In this document: positions 36,648-51,084 of the stretch, piece by piece
Position numbering within the stretch: the stretch's first letter is position 1
How the letters are laid out: the number at the start of each line of letters is the position of its first letter
Assembly: GCA_002104905.1 (NCBI GenBank)
Contig: MCFE01000014.1
Coordinates: 193,941 to 257,940 of the forward strand
Direction: 5' to 3'
Length of the DNA stretch: 64,000 nt
Source of the DNA: Basidiobolus meristosporus CBS 931.73
Taxonomy: Eukaryota > Fungi > Basidiobolomycota
The notes under the pieces: generated by a model
What the model was told of the DNA's origin: nothing
What the model saw: only the letters and a program-made list of their open reading frames with translations
Database searches by the model: none
Translations under genes and position numbers: made by a program

Positions 36648-37926
36648 ATGACGAGTGAACACGTACTTCTCTACCTCTATCTGGAAAAGCTGACCTCTAT
36701 CAAGTTCTCCACCTTGAACTTGGTTCATGCTGCGGTGCAACGCACTACGAAGAGTCTCACAGTTTTGGTTGATTGTCCAGAGATAATTGCACACCAAAGG
36801 CTTCCGGTTGTCGCTTGGGAAGAGGTTCAAAGTCTATTAGGCACCATATATGTGGACGCTATCAAAGCTGCCAACGACTGCGGAAGACCACTGTTGGAGG
36901 TGGATGTCTTGTTTAAAGACTGGTGCGGTTATGACGTCACCTCAAGCCAGGAGATAACTTACACGACCTGGCTTGGTTTAGCGGAACGTAGGTGGTGCTC
37001 ATGAAGCAAGTTTCCTGAATTTCCTATACTGAGTCAATTCCTTCTAGACGAGCAAATCCTAGCCTCGTTCAATTCTCAGCGGGAAAAGAACGGAGACAAA
37101 CCAATCCCGGTGTTCTTCATCCCCGAGGAAGAGGTATCCCCCGAGAAAACCCTACCTGAAGCCCACCACATCGGAACCACGCATACCGCAGGCTCGGATA
37201 AGCACTATCCGGTTGTTGCGGTCGGGGGTACTTTTGATCACTTGCATGCTGGCCATAAGATTCTGTTGTCCATGAGCGTCTGGCTAGCCGAGGAACGCCT
37301 CATTTGCGGAATATCAGGCAAGTCCGGCTTCCACCCAAGCCAAGTTCACTTCTCGTTTTCCGTACGGCTCAGTCTGATATTTTTGGTTGGTGGCGCTTCT
37401 AGGTGCCGAAATGTTGGTCAAGAAGAAACACGCTCACATGATAGAGCCTCTGGAGACTCGAATGGAGAAAACATTGAAGTTCTTGAGGCGGATCAAGCCA
37501 AGTATAGCATACGAGGCATGTCTCCATTCGTTAGATATATAGATCGCTCCTATATCTAAGATGTTTCTACGCACGTAATCCCATTCGAAACTCTAGGTGG
37601 TCCCAATTCATGATACCTGTGGCCCAACTAATAAGGATCCCAACATTCAAGCAATTGTCGTGTCTAAAGAGACACTCCCTGGAGCCTACGAAAGTATGTT
37701 TCCCCTACGCAGATCGTGTGTATATGCGCACCCATATAACCTACTTTTCGTTACAGTCAATAGGCAGCGTAGCGAGAAAAACTTCAATGAGCTGGACATC
37801 AAGGTCATCGAGGTGATCTCCAACTCATCCAAGGCGCTAGCTGAGGAAGAGTTGAAAAGCCTGAAGATCAGCTCCACTCAGATTCGAGAGTATCTGTCAC
37901 TCCACTCGGAGATCGAGAACCTCTAA
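36648..37926 (+). CDS. CAB4: Phosphopantetheine adenylyltransferase (CoA biosynthesis), multi-exon
   Basis: VAVGGTFDHLHAGHKILL (HxGH motif), IQAIVVSKET, KISSTQIR; start codon is inferred. Confidence 0.85.
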
Positions 37927-38410
37927 TCTTACTCTGCATCTCCAAACAGTGAAGCCCATCCATCCGTACTTGCGAACGGTGTGCTCCCAGACCAGCGTTC
38001 TTTTTACCCTAGCCTTCACATGATCGTTTCCACAATAAAGAGATGGTGAATGGACAGCAAAGATTGGCAGATTTTAAATTGAAGGTGGTGATGGCAGGTC
38101 ATACGATGCACATACATTCAACGGATATACTTTATTCACTTGGAATACCCAAAACATATCAACAACCAAGAGGAAGTGTTGATTGGATTTTGCTAATGCT
38201 ATAGTTTGGATGGGCTGGCCATTCTTTTGCGAGGAATACTGGAGGTGGGGCACGGGGGAGAATACTGGTCCTGTATGTTGGCGGAAGGGGGGGGGTGAAG
38301 GGTTTGGCTGGTGGGGGAGCTTCGGTATGTATCTACACATCAAAATAGAACAATAGAGTCTGGAGAGTCAAAAGGTTTGATAGGGGCGGGAGGGCGTAGC
38401 GCGAATGGTC

Positions 38411-41400
38411 TCAGGAAACCTTGAATGGGCCCAGCTCCCCGTTGGCAAGCTTGAAATCATGATCGTAGCCCCTCAAGCGATGAAGCGGGTTGCTTTGTAT
38501 GTTCGTACTCATGTTGCTACTCCAGTTGAAAGAGGATCCCTTTTCTGAAAAATCCACCGAGCGGGGAGGAGAGGAGACTCGAGAGGATCGAAGGCTTGGA
38601 TCTTCGGATCCGAAGTAAGAATCTAGAACGGTGAGTGCCTTGCACTAAGTACTATCGAGTGCCTAATCAGCCAGCTTACCTCTGAAGTATCCATTCTCTC
38701 TGGTGTTGGGTGTGGCCCTCTGCTTCTCAGGGGTTGACCTCAGAAAGGTGAAGAAATCCGACTGTTCTGGCGCAAACCTGGGACCAAGCAGCTCCAAACC
38801 AGGCGGTTGTGAATCTGGAAACCGATGAAGATTGCGGTCGAACATATCCAGATTTGTGCGTGACTGGGACTCGTTCCAGAACGACTGGCTGGGATTGCGG
38901 TGTAGGAAGTTTGAAGGGGAGCGTTCGTGATCTGTGTATGTAGAGAAGTTGGTATCTGTAAATGGAGGCCCATTTGTGGGCTTCCTTATTGGGTCGTCGT
39001 AGCCGGTGTTATAACCGGGAGGAGCCATAAACGGTGGCATGTTTCTACCAGGAAATCGTGCTGAGTGCCCCGTCGGGTTCAATGGGGCATATGGCAAGGG
39101 TTGTCGGTTGTTCTCGGTCTGATCACTTCGCCATTCTTTACTGCCCAAAGGCAGACCTAGTTTATCGCCTCTATGAGCTCGTTGTGAATTGTCTTGGTCT
39201 GAGTGTAAACCCAAGCCGCTGCTGGGCGAGTACAATCTCTGGTCGGGTGTACTCTTGAATGGATCAAAGAGACTGCTTGTGTGTAGGCTGCGGACATTGG
39301 CAGCGGATGTGAATGGTTGGGCTGCGTCAACGTCGTCATCTTCATTTAGAGCAAATCCAAATCTCGAGTACAATTTGGGTTTCGAGTTATTTACAGGTTG
39401 GGTGTTGTCCTGGCCGTCCTGCTTCTGAGATTGGGGTAGCCGTGAGGGTTGCTCCGAGCCACTGTTGATGGCGGTATAATCCAGTCCAGGTCGATTCATG
39501 GGCGGATTCTGAATATGCATGTTTTGCACAGAGCTGAGTAACGATCTGGGCATTCCCTCGTCCGGTTGATCATCGAGACCGAAAGGATCAAAACCACCTT
39601 TGTAAACATTGGTAGGCAAGGGGGCAGGGTTGAATGAAAATGCGTCTAGCAAGCCTGGAGGTAGAGCTACGTTTGGTCGGGCTTGTTGCTGGTAAAAGGC
39701 AGATCGCTCTCTTTCGAGCTTTGCCATGACCTCCTGGTGTAGACGTTCTTCGTCAACCTTGTTCTGCTCAGTAGGCAGTGATGTATCGCGTTGTTGTGTC
39801 CCATTACCGGGATTAGGATCATTGCTACCAGCAGAAGAGTTAAAGATGTCCGGAGAGGTATTTACTTTGCCACCAAGCTGTTCTCTCTCACAACTCTTCT
39901 CTTTACAACCATCCAGAGGAGCCAAAGTGGCCTTGTCAACAACAGCTGCCTCCAGAGTACCGGAAGCACTTTGGGTCTCTTTCTCATCCCCAGAGTTCGT
40001 TCTGGACTTGGAGTCTGGCTTTTTGGAAAGTGAAATGATTTTGGCTTTGGGTCTTGTTGCGGCAGGTGGCGGGGGGAATTGATCTAAACTTAAGATCGGG
40101 GATTTCACGGTAGCGAGTTTAGACTTGTTGGAGGTGATCTTGGCCCAAGAAGCAGTTGCTGGAAGGGCTGATCCTGGAGCATAACACTAGGTCAGGGTAA
40201 AGAATTTGGTTCTGGTACTTATGAATATGTATATACCTTCTGAATCCCCATCACTCGACTTGCTATCGGACCTGTACACAGCTACCGGAGCCTCAGGTGT
40301 TTTAGGGGATGACTTCTCTGGTTCATTTGACGGTGACAGAGGTGTACTCTGGGTTCCCAGAATTTGTGGCTTTGGTGACGAGTGCTCCAGTTGTGCATGA
40401 TGATCTTTGAGGTTGTGTTTCCTATGTAGAATGTGAGATTTAAATATAAATACGTATGGCAGCAGGAGCGATTTAGCTTTAGGCCAGATTCGATCCGCTC
40501 GATATACAAGTGTACCCACCCGCTGGCCAAGTCTTCTCTGGTAAATGTGTCGGCTTCTTCACCTGGCTCGTGCAAGTACATACAATTTGGGTTCTGGCAC
40601 GGCATGTTACGAAGGTAATAGGTACAGTACTTTGTGGTACCATAGGTTGCTCTGTCGAGATATCAAGCTTAATACCAATCGAACATGGACCAAACAGGTT
40701 GGCAACGGTACCTGAGAATCCTTCCATCCGACATGCTGCCATCCACAGCCGCGATGGCTCGGGCCGCATCTTCTCTGCGGGCAAATGTAATGTAGACACC
40801 AACAGTAGGTGACTGTCCAGGATGGGTGCTAGTGGAATTTTGAGCATGGCGGCGATTTATCACCACTTTGGTGATTTTTCCGTACTGACCAAAGTAATCA
40901 GAAGAGCGAAGCACCTAGCATCAACAGAATCAGAGGAGTTGGCACTTGGGCGGATTTTGGCTCGGCTTTACCTCTTCAGTCACCCTGGCGGTCAGGCCAA
41001 TAACGTAGATGAGGTTCTTTTGTACAACTCTAACATTGGCCAAATGCTTTCGGCTCATGGATTCAATTTCCTTCTTTTCACGCTCCTTGAACTTTCTCTC
41101 GGTTTTGATGCGAGTAAGTCTAAAGTCAAGTCAAGGTTAACCAAATAGCTCGCTATGGCCAAGGCTGTTTGAATGGACTTACTCTGCAGGAGTGATAGGA
41201 GTGAACTGGACATTGTCGTCTGAGTAGGCTCTGCGACAAGCTGGGCATTTGCCATTCAGCTCTTCTTTGATATGATGCCAGCAAAAACGGCAAATCTGCG
41301 GACAGAGAGGTACATAAATGAGTTTCAAAGAAAATAGGATGTATTGCCGTCGAAGTGCCTTACTTGATAACCACAAGGACATGGTTTGAAATTGCGTTCG

Positions 41401-41456
41401 GAGATGTCCAGCTCCTCCATACATAGAGGGCAGTCATAATCTTCTAGGTCGGACAT
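38411..41456 (-). CDS. NOT4: CCR4-NOT E3 ligase subunit (C4C4 RING, RRM, CCCH), multi-exon
   Basis: CPLCMEELD..FKPCPCGYQ/ICRFCW..GKCPACRR; YFGQYGKI RRM; CQNPNCMYLHEPG. The 3' end is inferred. Confidence 0.92.
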
Positions 41457-42685
41457 GCTTTTATCGATAAATGGACAGGAGCGAATGCCAAATCGTGTAG
41501 TCTTGTCAATAAGTAGCAGTTTTGAGTGGTCTCTACTGTGGGGAAGCACACGCTGGTTAGCAAACATGTAGCGGGGTTTCGAGGACCAAATCCCGAGCTG
41601 TGATTGTTTTCATCCGGGAAGTGGGAACGCTTACCGTACTAAAGGCACCGATGCTCTTTGGCAGAAACAATATACCACTTGTAGTGGTTGTATCAGTAAG
41701 GGAGAAAAAAAGATAATGGAAACTAATATATTTAGAGCTTAGAAGTGCTACCCAAAACCAGATCTAACTGAAAATAATTAGGGTATCATCTTACAACCCT
41801 AAGAATTCCATTTACCATGGAAATTGCCAGGGAATTCTTCTAGAAACTGGATAAAACCACACTTCCGACGATACGATGTCACCCATGGAAATCAGCGCAG
41901 GTACAATCCTTGATGGCACGAGTCAACGAGTCAGTTGGGGACATGCTGGATATACATGCAAGATGTCCCTCGTGGCATTAGTGCTCAATTGAACTGTCCA
42001 CTTGCAAGCCAAGCTGTAACAAAATCCGGTGGCTGCTTTGGTGGTTGGAAGGCACTTTCGATGTAGATCCTTGGCTCATGATTTTCTGATTGGCGGCATG
42101 GCAATCCATTTGGCAACGATCATGCTGCGCTTAATCAAAGTGGTTAAACAGTTCCTCAGGAACGGGTATTTTGTGATTGAACAAGAAATAGGCAGTTGCC
42201 ATTCACCATAGGGCGCAGTAAATCCGGGGGCTGATCAAGAGAACTAGAACCATTGTTCCCATGAAAAGATTGTTAACGCTTGGTAAATGCGTGCCAAGAA
42301 AACGATATTGCTGGCGTTTCATGGAAATGGATTAATGAATCGGGTAGTCGGGGCTCATAGCAGATTCACATTATACTCGTTTAACTAAATGCTGGCAGTA
42401 GTGCGTTCATGTTCTAAAAACTAATCAAAAATATATTTAACTGATATTGGTATTCTATTGCACAAAGATTATATCATTCTAGTTCAATAGAATCCAAGTA
42501 AATCAGGGCTTCATCAAGTAAAAATTTAGGCTGTTAATGAAGCTATGCAGTGCAACAATAGGACAAGTGAGAACTACAAAGAGAATGGTGAATCATTCGA
42601 AACAATATGATGGTCAAAAGGTTTGAGAAGGAAAGAGGAGTGAAGTAAGAGGATAGTGAATAAAGCAGAAATCTTGCCGACGCTC

Positions 42686-43539
42686 TTACAAAATGATACA
42701 GTCTTTCTTGTCTTCTGGGGTAGGGTTGTTGGATTTCTCAACTTCAGCGATCATTAGGTCAAAAATACGGCCTATAGACAAAAGGTTTAGGACTATCTTC
42801 ATAGAAGGTAATTACGCGAGCCCTTACCAATATTTTCGTTGTGTTTAGCAGAGGCTTCAGTCCCCTGGCAATTCCAAAGAGTGGCAAGCTCCTTTCCTTC
42901 GTCCGTTGATACTTGTCTAGTTGCATAGGATTAGGTCAATGTAAAGCGAGGACAAGATGCTCTTCGACTGTACCTTTGCATGTGCAAGTCACTCTTGTTT
43001 CCGACAACAACAATTGGAACCCATTCGGTGCCAGTGTAGTTAAGGATTTTGTCGCGAATAATCTTGATCATCTCAAAGCTGGATCTGGAGGTGATAGAAT
43101 ACACCAGAATATATCCATGGATTCCAATGGCATGCTTAGAATTGAGGATGGAATACTCATCCTTCAAGGCAATGTTGTCAACAGTAATTCTAGGGGGTCT
43201 CATTTACGATGTGACGTACTTGGCCAGCCGTGTCAATGACCTCAATGGTGAATTCCTGGCCGCGATATTTCAATACTTTACTGAAGGTGTTTTCGATAGT
43301 TGGGTAGTAGGAATCCACAAAATGGTTTTCAACGAACTGGATGGTCAACGAAGATTTGCCTATGCAGGGTCAGCCAGGTAGAAAACAAGGATATTTAGAA
43401 TGACTTGCCCCGAAGAAGTAAATCGAGTACAGATTAGAAGTCAGCCCTATACCGGGATATCGGGACTGGCTTATATTTCATTACCAACTGCCCGAAAGCC
43501 TAAGACTGCGATTCTCCTAACTTTGGAAGGACTACTCAT
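42686..43539 (-). CDS. RHEB: Rheb small GTPase, multi-exon
   Basis: IAVLGFRAVG/KSSL, FVDSYYPTIEN effector loop, DTAGQ/DEYS, GNKSDL, CAAX end CIIL. Confidence 0.93.
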
Positions 43540-44749
43540 TGTGATGATAAAGAGAAGGAGGTAACCGTTCAACCTGTGAGGCTATTCATACGATTTCTTC
43601 AGCATCGGCGTTCAATCACATGACCCAGGATCAAAAAACCAATTCTAACATAATTAATTTAACAGTCGACGAAGATGTCACTATGATATCAGATATGCTG
43701 ACCATATGCTGTTTGTAAATCCCAAAGAAAACGATATACATTAATGCAGGCCTGATGCTGTTGCGTGTTCGCCCAATGGCTGGAACTCGGAAAATTCATG
43801 TAGCAAGAGCTTATGTCGCCTGGAGGGATAGTCAAGGAATTAGAGCGTATCAGATTTGATGATCTAGTTGGATCCATGATAGGGACTTCTGGATCACTTC
43901 GTGTGGAAACCATCCTCTACAGGATGCTGCCAAGTGTAGAGGTTCATGATGATAACCTGTGTGAGGTTAGTGACCAGCGTGCGTGACAGCGGTTCAGCCA
44001 CCTCATGTAATGCTCGAGTAGTAATCCGGAAGCGGGCAGAGTCCTAAATTACTTGATGTATGTGCTAATGTTGTATAAAGTACAGTAACGTAGTCCAATG
44101 CCTTCCCAAGCTCCCATCCACCGGAATGATGGAGGCCGTAGGAAATAGGAGCCTACGCATTCATCCGATGTAAGGATCAACTTCGCAAGGGGTAAGGCCA
44201 GATTCTCGTCCGCTTTCCAAGGTAGGCTAGATGCTAGGGAACATTTGACTCTGCCTTCGAACACTCGCATGCATTGCCGATGCGCTGAGAACGATTTAGC
44301 CACGGATGTAATCTATATATGGGGTGCTTTTCAAAGCAATTGGCTGGTATTCGACGCAAGCACATATAGATCCCAATACTCACCATTGATGTTTAAAGAT
44401 AGCTCCAGCAAGCAGGGGCTGTCGTGAGGATCTCTTCTTCTCCTCCCAATCGATATGTAGCGATCGAATGGGCAATACATGCTCTACACTCTTCTCACAC
44501 TGAATCTACTAAATCTCCCTTTTTGACATGCGATTCCATCAATCTGGCATGACTGGAATCTATTCCTGACCCACTGGTGGGGATTATAAAGATCGGCCTA
44601 ATCCCGAACATGGCTTGGCACAAAACGACTCGCACTTACACTGTATTTTTTATGGGACTAGGGTGATCCTCTAGCCTTCCTACCAAGCCCCCTCTTCTTT
44701 TCTGTAAATCCCCAGCCAAACTTGAGCACTGGAAACACTGACCCTTAGC

Positions 44750-45803
44750 ATGATACATTATTCCACCCTCATTTTCCAACTCTTCGTCCTCTTGTACGCC
44801 CAGATCATATTGCATGTCCGTGGGATACCAATCGAGGATGCTCTAATGAACAATCCTCAATTGAGTAGCATTATAGGCGGCGTTTCCGCGTCTCCAAATG
44901 AGTTTCCATCCATGGCGTTGATCTTAATGAATGGTCAGACCCGGTGCGGCTCTGCAATCATAGTCGACAGATGGTTGGTAACAACTGCTCATTGTTTTTT
45001 TCAGACAACGCAACACCCAAGTAGAGGGCGTCGTGTTTCATTCAGCAAAGTGCCCTCCGACCACTTCTCGGTGCTAGTTGGAAGCGTGGAAAATACCAAG
45101 AAGCAGCCTCTAGGTATTCAGCGTTACATCATTCATCCCGATTTTGATATGGCCTCGTCCAAGGTTGGTGCGCCACCTTTATGTGTCACTAATACACCTG
45201 CTTATGTGTGATTCGGTATTCAATCTTTAGAATGACATCGCTCTGGTGGAGTTGAAGGTGGCGCTCAGGTTCGACGAATCCATTCAGCCCGCTACCATGG
45301 CCACAGAGCTTCCTGCGGGCGATAAGAATATTACCACCATAGGTTTTGGCCAGACGGAGAGCCATCGCCAATCTTCGGTGTTGCTCAAAGCAGATTTGCC
45401 CTTGGCCACCAAAGAGTTTTGTGGAGCAGCCATCTCCGATTTTGATACCACTCGATTTTGTACTAGACCAACCCCAGGAGTTGCACCTTGTTTTGGGGAC
45501 TCTGGAAGCCCGAGCTTCGTCAAACTTGGCAACAACGACTGGCGACTTCTCGGATTGACCAGCTTCGGAATCAACATTGCTGATCCATTTTCAAACAAAT
45601 GCGCAGTGACAGGCGAGGTGACTTATTATGTTAATCTCCTGGAGTACCCTTCCTTTATCAAGACCCACGTAACGGAAAGCACGCCTGCGGAGATTCCTAA
45701 TGCTGGCAACCAAGTTGCCGAATCGAAGGCCGCCCATGGCACACGGAGTTACGCTATGGCAATTGCACTTCTGTGCTATTATCAATTGAATAAATTTTTC
45801 TGA
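44750..45803 (+). CDS. Secreted S1A (chymotrypsin-fold) serine protease with hydrophobic C-terminal tail
   Basis: Signal peptide, IIGG activation site, TAHC, NDIAL (after intron 45164-45230), GDSGSP. Confidence 0.9.
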
Positions 45804-46312
45804 CGTTGCCAAGATGGAACACTTGCCAAAATTAATGCTCCTTCGGATTTTTTGAAATTACCAAAAGCATTCAACCCATGACAAGTCAGCTGTCAGGTGT
45901 CCAGGCCTTGGAGCCATTTTAGTCAATTAATGTAGCACGATAGTCAACCCAAAATGGGCTTACAGTACGTTGTAGCCATATAGAGATTAGAAAGAGTAGG
46001 CTGTGTAATGAATTATGACCGTCCCTGACAATGGGTGATTGATTGGTACGATCGTCACAGGCATCCTTTTGCGTCTCAGATTTGCTGGTATTTCATCAGC
46101 AGACTGAGTAAGCTCTACCCATCCCCCACCGTAGCTGTAAAACACTGAAATCCTTGGAAATAAGTAGCCAGCCTTCATATATATTTTATTTACTTTCACC
46201 CATCTTGCATCCAGGTTTGTGTACCTTCCTTTGCTGCGCAATCCCTGTGAGAGTTTGCTGATTTTCGAAAGCTTTACAACAGGCACCGGATTGAATAGAC
46301 ATCTAACAAGAA

Positions 46313-47092
46313 ATGAGTAAAATAGTGATTGCCTTTGATAACACAAAATACTCCCGGTAAGCCCACCCATCATCTTTCCATCTTCAGTGTTTCCATGTAT
46401 TTATCCCATCGAAATAGGAACGCCTTGTCATGGGCTATAGAAAACGCTTACCATCCTGGGGATAAGGTTGTCTTGCTCACAGTTGGAGTACTTTCCTGCA
46501 AATTTGGGGATCTGATTTCCAACACCTTCGAAGATGCACAATACCAAAGTAATCTTGCGTCTGATAATGCCGCGATTGCCTGTTGTTGCCCCTCTCTTAT
46601 TGAAAACCTTTCCTTCGTTTCTAGATTCTTGGGTGAACCAAGAACGACAAAAAAACGCCGAAGCCGAAGCGAAAAAGGAAGCCGAGAAGATACTGGAGGA
46701 AGGTCTTGAGTGGCTCAACCAGCATATGCAGAAAAGAGACATGAAGGTCGTACTATACAATTTAATTCGACCCATTTCATGGAAGATACTTACTGGTTAC
46801 GTTCTGACTGATATAGATCAACTGTGACACTGTAGCGTTGACGGGCATCGACCCTCGTACTCGTATTGTTGATTACGTGTCTTCCCAGGATGTTTACATG
46901 CTTGTACTAGGCGATCGCGGACTGAACGCCATGCAAAGGTCAGTGAATCTTTTGTCTACAAAGAGGCCGAGGGTAAGCTTACCATTCTGCCCCAAGTCAA
47001 ATTCTAGGTAGCGTGAGCAAACATTGTATACACAGCGCGCCCTGTCCAGGTAGGCATTTAACACCCCAGTGACAGTCACCACCACCAGTTGA
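46313..47092 (+). CDS. Universal stress protein (USP) domain protein, multi-exon
   Basis: IVIAFDNTKYS..ALSWAIEN..PGDKVVLLTV; MLVLGDRGL; LGSVSKHCIHSAPCP. Exon structure partly inferred. Confidence 0.75.
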
Positions 47093-47664
47093 TTTATCCG
47101 CTCTTTCAGTGCTTACAGTGAAATACCACGAATCAGACGAGCAGCTTCAAACCACTACTCCACCACAGTCGAACTGACATCACAGTCAACATCAAGCCAA
47201 ATTGCATGAGAATACCTCTAAGAATTGTAACAATAAAGCACAATAACCTATCGAGTTAGCCATGATAACGTAACGAGATGGCTCTCAGCTGCCCAGAAAT
47301 GGGATTTCATTTGAATGTTTCCGTGAACAATGTGTGGCTTGTTAAATATGCTAAATCAGGAATTGGTGTCATGGCAAGTCCAGAATCTACTAAGTTGTAT
47401 CAATAAGTACAGAAGAACGGGAACTGCGCAGTGCTTTACAAACAGAGCGTAGAGGGAAATACGGCGGATTTAACTCGATAATTAATTACCAATAAATCAC
47501 GAGGGTGCATGGACAACGAAGTGAATGGAACTAGCTAAATTCTCATTTTCTATGACGAGATTAAAGATGTAGTAAAGAAATATGGGAAGAATGAGAAGCA
47601 ATTATATACAGCCAACAGCTTTTCAACCGTCAGCAATCGAGCTCTGAGACGAAAATCCATATAC

Positions 47665-49990
47665 TTAGACTTTAGCGGCGTCTGGAGTTGGAGGTGAAAT
47701 CTTTGGAATCTATAAGACCATATGGTAGCGAATTTAGTAACAATCTATCAGCTTGCAAATCCCTAATACACGTACAAGCATAACTTCTGTGGGCAAGTCG
47801 CTCGTGTCAACGTTCTCCTCCAAAATCAACCTAGGCCGTGACTTCGCAAAAAGTAGGGCCAGTTCTCTTGTGGACCGAACCAGTACTTGTAGCCCAGAAG
47901 TAACGGATTTGTTTAAATGAAGCTCGCTTAACGAAGCTCTAGCAATGGTGGCCATCGTAATAATAGCCTAACATACACCGGTTGAGACGTTTGCCAAATG
48001 AAAGCCGGAAACAACCCTATACAAACCTTCACGAAATTGTCGATGTCTTCTAGAAAACGGCGGTTGAACAAGGAATCTTCGTTGCTGGTGTTCTTGATGT
48101 TTAGAGAACGGTTGAGCGCCTTTGTTGCACTTTCAGCAGCTTGGAGATGAGACAGCAATTCTTCTATCTTGAAAGAAAAACTATCTTTTTGTCGACTGGA
48201 TTTATCGGTTTCGTCATCTCCAAGATTCAGTCGTTCGAGAGACTCAGTTAACAACAGCATCACTCTTGTAGCAGCGGCAGTGGTGTTTTCAGCTAATGTG
48301 TATAGCTCCGGATTAACTTCAATATCGCGTAGGTCAGCACCGCTCTGCTTCAGTTTAGAGAGTCTGTTTCGCTCTACAGGCAACGACGGCGTTAATAGCT
48401 CATTGTTAAACTGGTTTAGAGTTTCGTATGCGTTTTTTATTTCGACAGTTCCCGTGTGTATCACCACTAACAGATTCTTCGTGATTCGTATGTCACTATT
48501 CCGCGTGAGTGGTTTGATGTTGAGGTAGACCGCACGAATCAACTTTTGGAAAGAGCCGATGTTTTTTAGACATGCCTGGACCAAATCATGATGGAAGCCG
48601 GAAAAGTCTTGAGGTTGCAATTGGTGAAGTCCTCGTTCAAACTTCTCTAAGATCTGGACATACAATGTCATCCCGTTTGAAATATCCGATAGCAGGCCCG
48701 AAAAGATGGCAGTGGTGTGAATGTCCAGTGTGAGTGCTAACGGTTGCTGTACGCCACAGTAAACCTGGATCATTGTAAACAAAATGCTGCGATGCATAGA
48801 TAGCCATTTCCCGTTAACACTCGAAACGTTTTTAGGGATCGGGCTTGCGTGCAGAAAGTAAGTGTCCCAGTTCCAGTTTCCATCACCTGAAGCCTGCGTA
48901 TCTATTGAACTGATCGAATCCAACGAAATCCCTCGGGAGTGTCGAGATAGCGATATACTAGGTACGCTGCCGTTGTTGTCGGAATATTCGCTAATGATGC
49001 CCCTGGGCATTGAATATGATCTTCCGAACTGTTGTCTTCGATCAGAGCTTCGCTTTTCCATAAGTATCTTGAGTTCTGCGAGGTTTTCTTGCGTGACTGA
49101 CAACTTATCCGAGCGCATGTATGAGCTTAGCGACTCTGTAGAAGGCATTCGTCTTGTTCTCAGGTCGTATTGATCACGAGCGTAATGCTCCATTAAAGAA
49201 CCATCGTCGGTGCTGTTTTCCTCTACCACCTCCTCCACATAATCTGGCGTGTCTATTGTTATACTTTGTTAGCCTTGGAATGAAATACGAGGCCTAATTT
49301 GCGCCAACCTGAGTGTTCTCGCAAGTACTCCTTTAGGTTCTCTAGCCATTCTCCACTATTATGGTTGGATTGGGTTATATGCCGAGGTGGGAACGTGATA
49401 GGATTGTGTTCTATTTTGAGTACTTGTAGGTCTTCCATACGTCCAATACAGAAAGGAAGCTCTTTAATACGATTACGTGCTATACTTAAAACCTAAAATA
49501 TCGTCAATCAGTCAAAGCAAAGTGTCCCCTAGAGCGGAGAGATCTTGTACCTTTAGGGTTTTTATTTTTCCGAGCTCGTTAGGCAATATTCGGATTTTGT
49601 TCTTGCTCAGATCCAGAATTTCGAGGCGTGGAAGTTCACATAACTAAAAACCATCAGCAAGGAAATGGAAACGAAACGGAAAACAAGCAGAAAACTCACC
49701 ACTAGAGGGAATTCCTTAAAGAGATTGGCTCGAAGATTTATATAACGTAGGTTTTGTAATTTCGCGATTTCTAGCGGTAAGGAATTTAAAAAATTCTGGC
49801 CCAACCCCAGTCTGGACGTAACGTTAATCGAAGCATCTTGACATGTCACCCTAAATGAAACATCCTACCTTTCTAAACTATCACGGAGAGTCTCGATTTG
49901 AGGGGGGATTTCGCTGATGTTTTTTTGCCCAAGGTTAAGGGTTTTGGAGCCCTTTTCTTGCTCAATGAGCTTCGTTAAATTTCCACCCAT
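47665..49990 (-). CDS. SOG2: Leucine-rich-repeat RAM-network protein, multi-exon
   Basis: N-terminal LRRs (LGLGQNFLNSLPLEIAKLQNLRYINLRANLFKEFP); C-terminal helical region ILFTMIQVY..VQQ and IHTGTVEIKNA. Ends approximate. Confidence 0.72.
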
Positions 49991-51084
49991 GGCTTAGTGA
50001 TCTAACCTGGCACGTAGAAAAAGACGTGTAAATGTACAAAGCGCACGCAAGTAGGATTGCCTGAAGGCCGTCTACTGACCTGTCGAAAAGCAAGGAGAAT
50101 CGCCAAATTTTCTTCCTGCTTCAAACACAAACCCTGAACCCGACAGGAAACTGGTACTCTAATTTGGAAGGTTCCTAGCTGTTAACAAACAGATTGGTGT
50201 ATTATTTCATAAATGCCTGGGTTTGCTAGGAAAGGGTATGTGAAATTTAATTTAATTTGCGGATTCCCATGCTCAAGATCACTTATGTCGTCCATTTCCA
50301 GTAATTTCATATTACATGCTAGCTAATAAGATCTCAATCCCCATCATTCCAGGATCGATCAGATCCAATGGTTTAGGAGCAAATGTTGACGTGAGGCCAC
50401 GAATGCATAAGCCTGGAGTGTAACAAATATACTATCTGGATGTATGCATCAATACACTTCAACTCCAGGTGTTCAGTGGCTTTGTGTCAGTTGGATGGAG
50501 TCAGGTATGTGTCCCAACAGCGAAGTAGTACCGAGTGTGGATCACTCAACGCTTCTGCCTTATTTATTTAACTCACCAGTGCGCAGAGATGACTCAGTGG
50601 TGGCTTTCAGTTGCCCAGCATATCGTTAAGATATGTATGATGAAAGGGGCTGCCAATTGATGAGATGCTGGGGATGGGGATGGGGATGGGCATGACCAGT
50701 TGCTGCCCATCGCTGCAAAATCCTGGGCATTCCTGGCCTCCGAAGGAGCTGAGACCTTGGGATCAGAGAGGTGAGATTGGCTATATACATACAAATGCCA
50801 ACGTCATTCGTTGACTCTCGGTCAAGTGATTGAGGTTGATTTACTTGTCAAGATAGTGTGATGACACAGCCCATCATCATTTATATCTGCAAGCGATGCG
50901 TACACGAGGCCATGACTCGACAATAAGCCAGTGCGTCTCTCTTGTTCAAAGTTTCATGACTGTCTATTTCATTTGCATACCCTTCCTTTCACATCGCTTT
51001 GATTGAAATCACATCTTCACCTCGAAACTATAAAAATTCCTTCCTACTGAATAAAGGCATCTTTCGGCCCATATCTTCCACATA

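Noticed and set aside
41850-42260. FTAPYGEWQLP, weakly like Gypsy RT
   Set aside because: Single weak motif with no YxDD or LTRs nearby.
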